Notes: generated by a model not told the origin, from the letters alone. Shown: positions 10,823 through 24,924, counted from the first letter of the stretch. The stretch: 64,000 bases of DNA from Flaccisagitta enflata (GCA_965153355.1 OZ231126.1:21390001-21454000), one strand, 5' to 3'. Numbers and translations are program-made.

Positions 10823-11814
10823 TTTCCAGATTAAGTTGGAGCCGGAGCCAAAAAGTTATCTAAAATCTGGCCACATCAGCTCATCTTGATCAGGTTCTTG
10901 AACGTGAAACCTGAATATGTTTCCTTTAGGTAATCATTTAGTAAAGCTAATGATCATAGAGAAGAAAAACAAGGCCGGATACACGGCCACCAGTTGCAGA
11001 CGAGTGGGCAGGGGCGGAAATGCGCGTTTTCCCACTTTTCGACTCGATGGTTACGGACCGACGGACCGACGGACGGACGGACAAAGCCTCTTATAGAGTT
11101 GCGTGTCAGCAACTAAAAACTGATACGACTTCACGCCTCCTGACATGGTATTTAAGGATGAAAAATAATGTGTTTGGCTGAAATAAGTCATTTTGGCCTG
11201 TAATTTTGGCTATTCTAGCTGGAAAAAAATTTTGTACAATGGAAATATAGCCAGAGGTAAGTTTCAGAGAAAACAAGGTCAACAAACCTTAGTCGCGTGG
11301 TAATAAGGGTTATAAAGGTAATAAAGGTAATTAAGGTAATTAAGGTAATTAAGGTAATAAAGATAATGAAGATAACTAAGTACCTATATCTTCCTATAAT
11401 TACCCACATTTACCTACAACTACCTGTAAATACCTATAATTACCTACAATTACATTAAATTACCAAAAAATATCTATGATCACCTATTATTACCCATATT
11501 TTCCTACATTTCCTATAATTACCTCAATTTATAGTCCCAGACAACTTTTCTGACTTAAATGATACAAATTACTAAAATACCTATATTTACCTATAATTAC
11601 CTAAAATTACCTATAATTACCAAAAAATACCTATGATTACCTTTAATAACCTTCAATAACCTTTAAAACGACTATAAAGCCTATATTTTAAAAATGTGAC
11701 GGACCGACCAACAGACCGACCGACCAACAGACCGACCGACCGACATAGCGGCTTCTAGAGTCGCGTTCACGCGACTAAAAATCTGTTCATCCGTCCGTTC
11801 ATTTGTCCCCCCCC

Positions 11815-12350
11815 CGACTCTCTCAGGCCTGGATTCTGCCCTCTCAGGCCTGAAGTACTTCCTTCCAGGCTTGAAATCTGCCCTCTTAAGCCTGGATTCT
11901 ACCCTCTCATACCTGGAATATGCTCTCTCAGGCCCAAAATATGCCCTCTGAGGCCTGAAATCTGCCTTCTCAGGCCTTGAATCTGCCCTCTCAAACCTGG
12001 AATCTACTCTGTCAGGCCTTGAATCTGCCCTCTCAGGCCAGAAATCTGCCCTCTTAGGCCTGAAATCTGCCCTCTCAAGCCCTGAAATCCGTTCTCTCAG
12101 GCCTTAAATCCGCCCACCCAGATTCAAGGCCTGAGTGGGCAAATTTCAGGCCTGAGAAGTCATATTTCAGGCCTGAGAGGGCAGATTACAGGCCTGAATG
12201 GGCCTGGGAGGCCAATGGATAGACAAATGGACGGACAAAAGAAAGTCCCCTTGTGTTTTACAGGACTTTGTCCCCTTCAGGGCCGCTGCCCTGCTTCCTC
12301 TCACTCCAATTCACAATCATGCAAAGCAGGGCAACGGGTATCACTGACCT
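11815..12350 (+). mobile_element. HINE-like family B copy with ~22-bp TCTGCCCTCTCAGGCCTGAAA minisatellite
   Basis: Tandem 22-mer followed by the family-B 3' block GGGCCGCTGCCCTGC...CAGGGCAACGGGTATCACTGACC. Confidence 0.6.
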
Positions 12351-12894
12351 GTTAAATCCTTTTACTCTTTGAAATGGATCATAGACCTGAAAAATGCCTC
12401 AAATCTGGTCAAATTAGGTCAATTTGAACAGATTTTCTTCTTAAGTTGGCCCAGAATGTGTCCATAGGAAGAAAAAATACCCGTTGGCATCATAATCAGT
12501 GAAAAAAATCCACTTATGAAAAAAGCTGCGAATCCTATAATAGAGTCAAAATGACGTGAGAAATGGCCATATTAGGCCATTTTGGCCTAATTCAGGTCAA
12601 TTTGACCAGATTTTCTTCTTGCCCTGGCCCAGAATGTGTCTGTAGGATGAAAAATACTCGTTGACATCAGTTTCAGAGAGAAAAAAATCCACTCATTTGT
12701 GGAAAAAGCTGCCAATCCTATGATAGAGTCAAAATGACCTGAGAAATGGCCATATCAGGCCATTTTGGCCTAATTTCCCAGTAGAACATTTTGCTCTTGG
12801 TATGGATGTGATGGGGAGGGTCCATACTACCACCCAGTATGGGCCGCTATGCCGAGGCATTTTTTCCGAGTAACTAACATTAGGCCATACAGTG

Positions 12895-12924
12895 CGCAGT
12901 TATGAAAAGTAAGATTTCCACTAT
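12895..12924 (-). CDS. 5' part of exon 2 ((D)SGNLTFHNC), cut off by the transposon
   Basis: Pyrimidine tract and acceptor TTTTTTCCCTTAG|AT at 12925/12924; in frame with exon 1 and with 9462-9265. Confidence 0.75.
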
Positions 12925-13354
12925 CTAAGGGAAAAAATGGTTGTTATTTGTTACGTCCAATGACTAATGTTTAGACAATGGTAACTCTTTGCCATTAGAA
13001 GTGGTCATTTTTTGCTTGTTTCTCTTGTATCAGATCTAATTCACTGTCTGACATATCAAGAGACAGATAGTCAAACTTTACCATAAGAACCCCACGCACT
13101 CACGCCGTTTTGCTTGCGACTGAAATTTAAGCTTTTTGTAAGCGACCAACCGACGCACTGTGCATCAAAATCACTAACGACCAGGAACTAAACCAACCAA
13201 CCCACCCGACCCACCCATAACACCATCACTGTGCTTCAAAATCACCAAAGACCAGGAGGTATACCAACTTACCAACCCAGCCCACCCTTAACCCCAACCG
13301 GCAAAAAGACTGGCACGTGATTGAAAACGGATGAGATGCTAATGGCTAACTCAC

Positions 13355-13448
13355 CAGAGCTTCCGCTGTACGGCTCCAGCGTCTCTGCAACAACTCGGTT
13401 TGTTGCGGCGTACAGTGAAAAAATCAATACGAGCGAAAGTGCTTGCAT
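13355..13448 (-). CDS. Exon 1: signal-peptide-like leader MQALSLVLIFSLYAATNRVVAETLEPYSGSS
   Basis: ATG at 13448, hydrophobic core, donor CTG|GTGAGT at 13355/13354 (phase 1, matches exon 2). Confidence 0.7.
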
Positions 13449-15094
13449 CCACAGAATCCGAAGTTGAGCAGATAGTCCAGAAGGAAAAGAAGAGGAAAAC
13501 GACGATTTCGTCATAATCAGTATCAATCTTAATCAAAATTGGTAAAACCAAAATTCATGTAACAAATCTCAGCCTGAGACGGAAGGACGGCAGGACAGCC
13601 AAAGATTGTACTTTCTCAATACAACGGAAACATGAAACAAATGCTCACTAGAAAGATTGAACAAGGATATAGGAAGGTAATAAAAGTTGAGGCCAAAAAC
13701 TATTCAATGTTGCTCAAAACAATTTGACTAATATATATGGATATATGGATATATGGATATATATATATATGGATTTTTATCATTTATGGCAGAGGCGGGA
13801 TTTTTTTCTGATTACACTGCCATGAAAAAATGAAATCATTGAACAAGATTTTTTAGTCTCGAGCATGCGACTCTTTAACACGCTATGTCCGTCGGTTGGA
13901 TGGTAAGCAAGTCAAACTTTTTTTTTGGGGGGGTGCTTATGGCCGTTTTTTGCATTACTGTTCAAAATGTTAGTCTTTTTCATCACTGCCCCTCCCCACC
14001 GGCACGCGACTTAGGTAGCCGTGTATCCGGCATTGTTTAAATGTTTACTTATAATTTTGATTGAAACAGCCAAGCTAACCGGATGATTGGCAGACTTATT
14101 TTGGATGCGACATCCCCGACATCCCATAATGCAGTATATTGGATTTTCAATGAAATTTTGCTTTATACTTCTTCACACGTCAGAAGGTTTCAATTTTTCC
14201 AAAAAGAATTCTGGAAGTTACATATCATAAAATGCAATTTCATAATCTTTCAGGAACTTTTTTAAGAACCTAAAAATCTTGATAACTTTTTGAATTACAT
14301 CATCATGAAATGTTACAAACGAAAACAATCATACTGTATAATTTTGATTGAAACAGCAAAGCTAACCGGGTGATTGGCAGACTTTTTTCGGATGCGATAT
14401 CCCCGACATCCTCGCAGCTGAAAAGTTTTCTTTTCATTGAACAATTAACAAGCATGGGACGGGCAGACGGACGGGCAGACAAATCAACCAACGGAGAGGC
14501 CCGCTAGGTTACGAGATCACATCTAAATAGGTTTTGTCCCCCCATCCTTTAGTTTGTCTGTTTGTAATTTGAAAGCCGTCACAAACCACCTGATGACATG
14601 ATCCCCCGTTTAACTGGCCAATTACATGGTCATTTTCAGTTGTTTTTCTTTAGTCGCGGACATGCAACTCTAGAACTTGCTGTGTCGGTCCGTCGTTCCT
14701 TCCATCAGTCTGTCCATTCGACCGGTTTTTTCTTTTCGCTATTACGCTCCTGCCCACCTGTCCCCGATTTGAGGCCTGTATACGGCCTTGTTTCGTTTTT
14801 TTTTTTTTTTTAGAATTCATGAATAGGCCGGATACACGGCTGCCTTAGGCACCTACGGATCAGCAGGGGACGTAATGGTATGTGTTGTTCAGATATTTGG
14901 GCATAATCGATATTGTTGGGCTAAGGCTCAATCACGTGCACCCGACTAAGTTAATGTTAAAATTGTCACGAACTCAATTCGATAAAGCTGTAAAATTGTG
15001 TTGACGATTTGATTGTGCCCCATTGTAATCACGTCTATATCTTTTTTTATTAATATTATTATTTTTTCTTTTCTTTTTTTTTTTGTCGAGGGGG

Positions 15095-15152
<58 letters not shown>

Positions 15153-15275
15153 CAGAGAAAGACAGAGAGAGAGATGGCGCTTTCTAAAGGCTTGCTGTCG
15201 GTCGGCGGTGGTTCAATAAATCACCGCTTTCTACCTCAAATTCTTGTCTGAAAACGGAGATGAAAAAAAATTCTC

Positions 15276-15371
<96 letters not shown>

Positions 15372-17051
15372 TTTCTCTCTCTCCGTGAAAAATTATTCAT
15401 TGGCGCTGCGACATGAATTTCATAAAGCGAAGTTAATGCGGCAACTCGCGAGATGTATGGAGCCAACCGGAAGTGGCGCGAGCCCTATGACGCTTTGACG
15501 GGGGGGGGCAATGACGCTTGATGGGAGGGGGGAGCAATGATGCTTTGACGGGGGGAGCAATGACGCTTCATGGGAGGGGAGCGGAGCATTGACGCTTCGT
15601 GGGATGGGGGTCAATGACCCTTTTCGGGAGGGGGGCAATGATATTTCGTGGGGGCCAGGATTAGAAAATGCAGGATGGGGTAAAACTGTGGTTGTGAGGG
15701 GAGAAAAATGCTGGGGAAGTTTTAAGTCGCTAACAAAACGACTCTGTAAGAGGCTGTGTGCGTTGGTAATGCGAAATTTTGGATGACGCATAATCGGCAC
15801 ATTACAGCCCCGTCCACCTGCCAGCGACTAGATGTTACAGACAAACAGACAGAACCACCAACAGACAGAATATTGATCCAAAGCCTTAGGCAAAGAGAAG
15901 GGGACAGAGGAATCGTTAGAAGAACTGTTCAGCGTTCGCTACCATATCTCGCAACCCCCTCCTGGTAAACAAAAGCTTCCTTATCTCTCCGGCAAAAAAG
16001 CCTTGCCTCAACCTCTTATCATTTTTCCCGAAAAAAAAACCCTTGTCCTATTTTATCTTTTTCTCTGGGGAGCTGAAATATTCAAACGTGAGCTTCTACG
16101 TTGTTCATACCCTCTCATCCTCTTCCTGTCTTGCACATCCTCACTTGCTTTTCAAACACTCTCATCCTTCTACACAACCAACCATGTTGTTCATTTCCTT
16201 TATCCTCCATTCCCATTCTCTTTTTGGCTTTAACGTTTATTCATTTTCAATTTTGAGAGGGTGATGGAAAATGGACAGTGGAAGAGGATTTCGAAAAAAC
16301 TAGCCAAATAAGTTTATAGGCGCAGGTTGGAGAGAAACCTATTTTGAGAGAATGGCAACGGCGAATTAGCATTTATGAATGAATGCGAACGGGCCTCCTA
16401 TTAGAGATATGAGGACGATGAAACTTTTGTCTTTTGATCATTTCCTCGTCAAACTGCCTGGTCTCCTAGTTGGTAAATCCCTTTACTCGAAACTGTTTCC
16501 TCTTTCAATGTTTTCTGAGTTTCCTTCAAACCACAACAGTGACATGTTCATTCTGAACAAGATCCCATCTCTTCAACAAGCTATTACTGAACTGAGCAAA
16601 AGGTTTTTCTTATCTGGAATAGAATTTTAAGAATTTCATTTTCCTAAAAGCTGAATATTGAAAGTTCTATTTTTGTGGTTGCGCTGACTCCTAATATGTC
16701 TGTCCACCAAAACAAACCAAATCGGATTATGCATTTCAACTAGAGGAGCCAGTTTCATTTCGTTCATGCATTGTTATTGTCAGAATTGTGATGATCTTAG
16801 AAATGATCATTCGATATCTCTAATGTTATGTTGCTTTGTCTGTCAGTCTGTCGCTCATTTGGTCACAGTTTACTTTTCTTGCCAGTTGCCATGGCAGATT
16901 TTTCGTCGGTCGAGTTGGGTGGCCATGTATCCGGCCTTGTATGCCTTCTCCTTGCTCCTCAATCTTCTCTCCAGCTCTTCTTCTTCTTTTGATTTTTAAC
17001 TCCCCTCACCTGAAGGCCCATACGTCATTCTATCTACCGCCGCTACTGTCG

Positions 17052-17144
<93 letters not shown>

Positions 17145-17249
17145 TCTCTCTCTCTCTCTCATGTCACAATTCACAAGTGGCTCATCCTTCAGACGCTGTG
17201 TCTGCTTGGCTATTGGCTCAGAGACTTGGTTTCTTCTTTCTTTTTCTCC

Positions 17250-17680
17250 TTTTGGGCAGCGGCCCTGAAGGGGTCGCTGACCTATGCTTTCACACAAATG
17301 GGGAATTTTCTCCTCCTCCTTCTTCTCTTTCTCCGTCCCCCTCCTCAAATCTCAGTGTTGAGGCTCGATTTCCAGTTTCGAGGCCCAAATTCCAGTCTTG
17401 AGGCCCAAATCCCACCCTTGAGGCCCAATTCCTAGCCTCAACGCCCAAATCCAAGCCTGGAGGCCCAGATCCCAGCCTTGAGGCCCAAATCTTAGCCTCA
17501 AGGCTCAAACCTCAGTCAAAAGGCCTAGATCCCAACCTCGAGACAATTCCCCATATGTGTGAAAGCATAGGTCATTGACCCCTTTGGGGCCACTGCCCTG
17601 CTTCCCCTCCAACTTCATTCCCAAACTACTTAGGCAGGGCACGGGTACCGCTGAACGTCTAACGCTATTTCGGACTATAT
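17250..17680 (+). mobile_element. HINE-like family B element (other copies: 21136-21594 minus, 46369-47525 plus, 48074-48724 minus)
   Basis: 5' TTTTGGGCAGCGGCCC...CCTATGCTTTCACAC with its inverted copy ~80 bp before the 3' end (asymmetric TIR), an internal ~21-bp GAGGCCCAAATCCCAGCCT minisatellite, and a 3' block CGGGTACCGCTGA. Confidence 0.7.
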
Positions 17681-18025
17681 TGCCTTTGGGCATCTTTCCA
17701 TTGACCTTTTATTCTAGATTGCAGCTTATTCCCATCCAATTTCTACAATCCAATTTTGCTATAACGCCACCTCTTTGTACCATGTATCAAGCTTGTACAT
17801 TGTACAATCTCTAGTTGTATTCGTCTTATGATCTTTTTTGTTGTTCTTGTTGGCAGTGTTAAATGTTGCAACCAGCTCCTTCCAAGAAGAATCTGAAATT
17901 GACTTTAGGCCCTCTTGATGGTTGATATGAGGGATGCTCTTTTATAAAAATAGTGAATGCGTATGATACAAAATATTTCTTTACACAATTCGAATTTCTT
18001 TGATAATCGGCGGCCCGTGTAGCTT

Positions 18026-18144
<119 letters not shown>

Positions 18145-19531
18145 CCTTTCTCTGTTTCTTTCCTTCCCACTCGCGCGTTGCACACATCTCCACCTTTGCC
18201 CTCTGAGAAGGTCATCATCAGACCCTTTCTCATTTTTCATGCACTCGCGAATTTCTCATTTCGATTTGACCTCGCCTTAGTTTTCTTTTTTCCCTTCGTT
18301 CTGTTGTTCCTTTTTTGGCTAGTTTTGTTGTTTTGTATGTTTTGTACTAATCAGATTTTTTTTCCAAATGGTGATCTATCGTTTTTTGTTTCGGTTTTCT
18401 TTCAAGCCTCTTGCATCTCTCCAACAACTTTTTTGCTGCTCATAAAGCATATCCTTAGAACTTATATATTCGCTACTTCGTGGCATCTCAATTTGCGAGC
18501 GTAGTTTTGATAACATTGTAACTGTTTTCGAGTTTGAGTTGTAATTTACTAAGTCAGAAACGCTAATCACTACTCCTCTGCTTCCCAACCAATTCGTTTT
18601 GTTTTTTTTTTTTTGATGGACCCTAACCGTACCATCCCCGTTTATCATTCCTCCCGCTGATAAAATCGGTCGTTTAGTCTCATACTCACCCTCCACACTT
18701 TGGCATTGTCATTTTTGCCCAATACCCAAAAAGAATTGCAACTGTTACGGCTTATATTATTGTAATTTTTTCTGGTTTACAATCCAAACTTCATTCATCA
18801 TTGGTTTTCATTGCCATCTCTACCATTTCTTATCATCCCCACTTTTGACCCCACTTTTTCTATTCCAACTTCTTTGGTCAATCTATCAAGCAACCTAGCT
18901 ACTCCCCCGCACGCTTCCCCATTTTTAAGTATTCGATGCTCCTCCCTTCTCCCTCTCCCCCCCCCCCCCCTGTGCTTCCACACATTCATCATTTTTCCCC
19001 TCTAAATTACTTGGCCAATCTTTCCCACCTTTTGGGCCACTGGTTCATACTACTTCACTCTGCTCTATATTCTCGCCTTCCTACCGATTGATTCGTTGCT
19101 CACCCTATCACCCTCCTCGCCATTTCCTACACTATCTGCCTTCACTTCCTCTGCACTCCTTGGCCCTTCTATTCCCACCCCTTCGGTCGACCCCTGTGCC
19201 CTCAGCCTAGATTCCAGCGTGTTTCTTCTCTGCAAAAGACGAATAAGACGAAAAAGTGGAACGAAGGCACCACTTCCTCCTCCTCTTCCTCCTCCTCCTC
19301 CTCTTTCTCTTCCTCTTCCTCGTTCTCCTTTTCTAGCTCCTAACACTTCTCATAGAATTTTGTCTTATCTCGCCGCAATGCTTATGACAAAATCATCTCA
19401 CACTGTCTCGCTGTCTGTGTACCTTTTCAAACCTAGCACTGAATAATCTCCACAACTTGAGTTATTGTTGTTGTTGTTGTTGTTTTTTGTTGTTGTTGTT
19501 GTTGTTGTTGTTGGTGGTGGTGGTGTTGGTC

Positions 19532-19650
<119 letters not shown>

Positions 19651-19925
19651 GACTTTTGTTGCCATTGTAGTTCCTTTGCTTTTGGTATCAAAGTTCTATT
19701 CCTAATGTTGTTTTTGTCGTGGTTGTTTTACTCGCTTAGGATGTTGTTTGTTTTGTTATTGTTGTTTTCCATGTTGTTGTCGTCATCATTGTTGTTTTCT
19801 CGCTTTGGACGTTGTTTCTCGTTTTGTTCTTGTTGCCAAGAGACGTCAGTTTCGTTGGCGCAGAAAATTGAAAAACGAAAGAGGAAAAAAAGCTTTTCTC
19901 TTATTGTTGGCTGTGAGAATCCAAT

Positions 19926-19982
<57 letters not shown>

Positions 19983-20424
19983 CGGAAATGCGCATTTTCA
20001 CACTTTCAAACTCGATCACCACAGACCGACGGACCGACGGACCGACGGACCAACGGACGGACGGACGGACAAAGCCTCTTATAGAGTCGCTTGTCCGCGA
20101 CTAAAAATCAAGGAGCGGGGGAGTGAAGGAGTGGAGGGGCAGGTTAGTGAGGTATCAGGGAATGAATGAGACTTCCCCTCAAGATATTGTGCGTGTGGGG
20201 GGTAGAAGGAGTGAGGAAGAAGAGGTGTCGAGGAAAGCAAGTGAAATGGAGTAGAATATCAGTCCTTAAGATGCAGCAGAGAGCCAGGGTAACTCGTTAA
20301 CAGGCGCGCCTACGTACCTCTGTAAGAGGCTCTGTCCGTCCGTCTGTCTGTCTATCTATCGTTCTGTCTGTCTGTCTTTCTGACTGTGCGTCTGTCTGTG
20401 TGTGTCTGTCTGTCTGTCTGTTGG

Positions 20425-20455
<31 letters not shown>

Positions 20456-20995
20456 GTCTGTCTGTCTGACTGTCTGTCTGTCTGTCTGTCTGTCTCTCTG
20501 TTGGTCACGCACATATGAAAAATCGCCAAAAATGATCCCAAATCACTAAAACATCTCTGGACGCAAATCGCGTTCATATTCTTCATCATGGCTCAAAACC
20601 GTTTAATGGATTCAAATAGAGCTTCAGATATGTCTTATAGAGCATGGGATATGTCTCGAGAGTCAGGATAAGTCTAGGGAAGGGTCTTGAGTTAGATCTT
20701 GGGATAGGTCCAGGGATAGGTCTCGGAAAAAACAACGCCAGGCCCACTGCCTTGGCCCGTGTATCCGGCCTTGTTACTTATTAAACAGTTCATAATTTCT
20801 TTTTTTTTTCTTTTTTTTTTCTTGAAAGAAGTTGAAAGAGATAGGTTTTAGGACATTTATCATCAGCCAAATGAAATGTCTATCACAGACAAACTGAGAA
20901 AGGAAGAGAAACAATCGGCGCGAACGAAGGCGCAAGCGCCATAGCGATATCATGGCAAACATTGGCTGTAGGAAGGCTTTGGAAACAGGAAAATA

Positions 20996-21074
<79 letters not shown>

Positions 21075-21594
21075 AAGTCAGTGAGACGAACTGTCAGAGT
21101 GAGACAGAGGGGAGACAGAGGCAGAGACGAACTGTAATAGTCGCAAAAGCGTTAGATGGTCAGCGGTTCCCGTGCCCTGCTTAAGTAGGTTGCAGTTGAA
21201 GTTGAGGGGGGAGCAGGGCAGCGGCCCCGAAGGGGTCGATGACCTATGCTCCTTCTCCTCCTCCTCCTCCTCCTCAGTACCCCCCCTCCCCCAGCCTCCA
21301 GGCCCATATCTCAGCCTGGAGGCCCATATCCCAGCCTCCAGGCCCAAATCCCAGTATTGAGGCCCAAATCCCTAGAGAGTGGAATCTGGGGCTTGGGGTT
21401 GTGATCTAGGCTTTGAGGGTGGGATTTGGGCCTCAATACTGGGATTTGGGCCTGGAGGCTGGGATATGGGCCTCCAGGCTGAGATATGGGCCTGGAGGCT
21501 GGGGGGAGGGGGGGGGAGAAGAAGGAGAAGGAGAAAACTCCCCATATGTGTGAAAGCATAGGTCATCGACCCCTTCGGGGCCGCTGCCCAAAAA

Positions 21595-22150
21595 TGAGAC
21601 AGAGGAGAGACAGAGACAGAGACGAACAGTCAGAGTGAGACAGAAGGGAGACAGAGATGAATACAAACTGTTAAAGTGAGACAGAGGAGAGACAGAGATA
21701 GAGACTTACTGTCAGAGTGAGATAGAGGGAAGACAGAGGTAGAAACAAATTGTAGAGTGAGACAGAGGAGAGACTGAGATTGAGACGTAATGGCAGAGTG
21801 AGACAGAGGAGAGGCAGAGATAGAAACAAACTGTTAGAGTGAGACAGAGGAGAGACAGAGATAGAGACAAACTTTCGGAGTGAGATAGAAGGGAGACAGA
21901 GATAGAGACAATCTTTCAGAGTGAGATAGAAGGGAGACAGAGGTAGAGACTTACTGTCAGAGTGAGATAGAAGGAAGACAGAGGTAGAAACAAATTGTTA
22001 GAGTGAGACAGAGGAGAGACAGAGATAGAGACGTAATGGCAGAGTGAGACAGAGGAGAGGCAGAGATAGAAACAAACTGTTAGAGTGAGACAGAGGAGAG
22101 ACAGAGATAGAGACGTAATGGCAGAGTGAGACAGAGGAGAGGCAGAGAAC
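21595..22150. repeat. ~40-bp minisatellite (GAGTGAGACAGAGGAGAGACAGAGATAGAGAC...)
   Basis: Direct inspection. Confidence 0.9.
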
Positions 22151-22293
22151 AAGATTTAGGAAGCAGGAAGTCAAAAAAGAGCGAAGGCAAAGAGGAGATA
22201 AGCTGGCAAGGAAGGAATATATATCAGATTTGGGGGATGGAAGTTCCATCAAGGAACTCAGTTCAGTATTTAGATTTCTTTTGCTTTTGATAG

Positions 22294-22342
<49 letters not shown>

Positions 22343-22623
22343 TCTCCTCCTGAAATTTCTTTTTCTTTCTTTTGCAAAGTCGTGTCCGTCAGTCGGTCGT
22401 TCTTTCAACTTGCCTGTCGGCTGCTGCATGCTGGTTTTGCTACAGATAAATCAGAGGCCCGGACCATCTTGACCTTGTTTGCTTCTGAGTTTTGTGGATG
22501 TAGGTTCACAAACTGCGCGCGACTATTTTGCGAGTCGATGTGTCGGCCCCGCTCAACCACATATAAGGTAAATTGACCCATAGTAAATCCGTTTGTACAT
22601 TGCTTGCTTATCTTCTTGCTTGT

Positions 22624-22856
22624 GCTATCTTCACAAAAAATAAATCTTTCCCCTGAAAAGTGCTATAAACCTCGGAAGAGTGATGCTCCTAAACGAATAA
22701 AGCTATGACAACCAGATTGGTCCCATCTGAAAAAGATGTTTAGAATCATTAAAATGGGACCAATCTGGGGTCAGCTTTGATAGTTTGTGAGCGGCGCATT
22801 TTCAAAGTCGATGCTTGTTTTGAGGCAGAAAGACTTTTTTTATTTGTGAAGATAGC
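22624..22856. mobile_element. Small foldback/MITE-like palindromic element
   Basis: Outer IR GCTATCTTCACAAA / TTTGTGAAGATAGC and inner IR CCAGATTGGTCCCAT / ATGGGACCAATCTGG; TSD unclear. Confidence 0.6.
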
Positions 22857-23855
22857 TTTTAATTCAATTCCTCTATTTCGGGTTTTTAGTCACTTTTTTC
22901 ATCACTTTTGTCATCATTGATTTATCACGTCCATGCGAAAACATATACACATTCAGTATCAAGACGAGTGCATATCGTTTCTGCTGCAATCCTGTAATGC
23001 TTGTCACAAAGAAATATGGATAAACACCTTTAGCTTGAACACGTCTTTAGTCAAAGACTTTTTTTTTCTCCAACTGCTTCACCCAAAATTCTGTGACTGA
23101 GTTTTGTGTTTTCCCCCAAATTTCTGCTTCGTTGCTCCAAACTCTTTCAACTTTCAACAATTCCGTTTTTTCTCTCTTATTTCTCTCTTCCGTTCTTCTC
23201 CATTGTTGTTGGCCGCGTTCGCTACTCGTTTTTGTTTTGTTTTGTTTCTTTTTTGTTTCTCTTCTTTTTTTTTTCTCTCTTTTGATTCGTCCCTTAAAGA
23301 CGAGACAAGCAAAGAAAGCAAATCACTACTATACCTTCTACAAGGTTTCAACCTAAACTCGAGTGATATCCCTCTGTGTTCTTTATGTTTTCTGTGTTCT
23401 TTTTGTTTTCTGTGTTCTTTTTTTCTTTCTTTCTTTCTTCTGAGCCTGAGTTTCCTTATATACCCACCTCGGTACCTCACCCTCTTATCTCAGGCGCCTT
23501 ACTCAACCATTTATTTTCCATTTTCTATTCACTCAATTTTCTTTCTTCTTTCTTTTCGTTTTCCTCTTCTTTTCTCATTTCAACAGTGGTTGTCTCGGTC
23601 TCATTTCTCTCTTCTTTTTGTTGCGGGCACGCAACTCCGTAAAAGGCTTTGTCCATTAGTTGGTCCGTCCGTTGTTCCGTTGGACTGTTAATCTGTTGGT
23701 CTGTCTGTGATGACCGAGTCGAAAAGTGTGAAAACACGCTTTTGAGGTACTGCAGTTGTGTTTGTCTGAGTGAGTTGGTGTGTGTGGGGTAGGAAGTGGA
23801 GGGGGTAGGGGAGGATGTGGATGGGGGTTGTGCGGTTGTTCTTTCTTTCTTTTTT

Positions 23856-23949
<94 letters not shown>

Positions 23950-24378
23950 TGTCATCCACTTTAATATTCGTTCTTAAACACAAAGTCTTTTTCTTTTTTA
24001 CTCTTTTTTTTCCAATTTCCTTTTATCTTTCTCCCTTCTTCCTTCATCCTTAGACTATTTCATTTTCTTTTCTCTCTTTTCTCATTATTTCTCCGTCTCT
24101 TTCTCCGTCAAGCTTTCTTTCCTTTTATTCCTCCTTCTTGCCTTCCTTCCTTCCTTCCTTCCTTCCTTCCTTGCTTCTTTCCTCCTCCTTTCTCTCTGTT
24201 TTCATTCTCACTCTCATGTTTTTCTGCGCTTGCGCCTTTCCTCCTATTTTTTCCTCTCTCTCTCTCATTTCTAATTCCCTTCTTTGTTGGCAGTTTTTCT
24301 CTTCGGCGCCCCACGGCTTAGTTCTTCATCGCAAGAATGACAGGAGGACCTGATGACGAATGAGCCAGCCAAAGCGAG

Positions 24379-24468
<90 letters not shown>

Positions 24469-24924
24469 GTGAATTAGATAAGGGGTTGAACTCAAGAGGG
24501 AGCTGCGTTTTGGTCTTGTGCGTGTGAGTGATGAAGGGAAGATGGAGAACTGTGGTTCAAACAGCAATGCTTCGGGCTGTCAGGCAAACAATGCAAGTCT
24601 GCTTGTTTTGACGCGTTTGTCTTATTGTGATGCACTTTGCTTGTCTTACGTTGCGTTGTTATGCGTTGGGTTGTAATGCGTATCGTCGCGACGTTACAAA
24701 ATGATCTTAATGCGTCATTTATTAATATACTGTAGATTGCACCATAGGGATAAAAAAAGACGCCCTTTTAGATAACTGATTTTGCCAATAGATCTTAGAA
24801 TAAGGCCAAGAGATGTCCGATACGCGTCCTCTTTAGATGTTGAGATATAAACATATAGAGATATTAAGATATAATGATATGAAGATAAAAAGATATTGAG
24901 ATAAAGAGAAAATATAAAGTATAA

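Larger units (their letters stand above)
9467..12894. mobile_element. Chapaev/CMC-like non-autonomous DNA transposon (3.4 kb) inserted in exon 2, containing nested repeats
   Basis: TIRs of ~300 bp starting CACTGTATGGCCTAATGTTAGTTACTCGGAAAAAATGCCTC at both ends; 4-bp TSD CGCA (9463-9466 and 12895-12898). CAC termini with a 4-bp TSD fit Chapaev. Confidence 0.88.

Noticed and set aside
9467-12894. Introner-like precise splicing using the element's own GT (CACT|GTATGG) and AG
   Set aside because: It leaves +10 nt (or +19/+22 with the alternative sites), a frameshift. Only the exon-1-to-TIR-acceptor route or exon skipping keeps the frame.
15460-15650. CCGGAAGT (ETS-like) motif followed by ~26-bp G-rich GACGCTT repeats as a promoter
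   Set aside because: Short motif with no linked transcript evidence; the repeats look like a minisatellite.
18640-19200. Possible decayed gag/zinc-knuckle LINE ORF1 on the minus strand (KCGG.. fragment)
   Set aside because: Too degenerate, with stops and frameshifts, to support.
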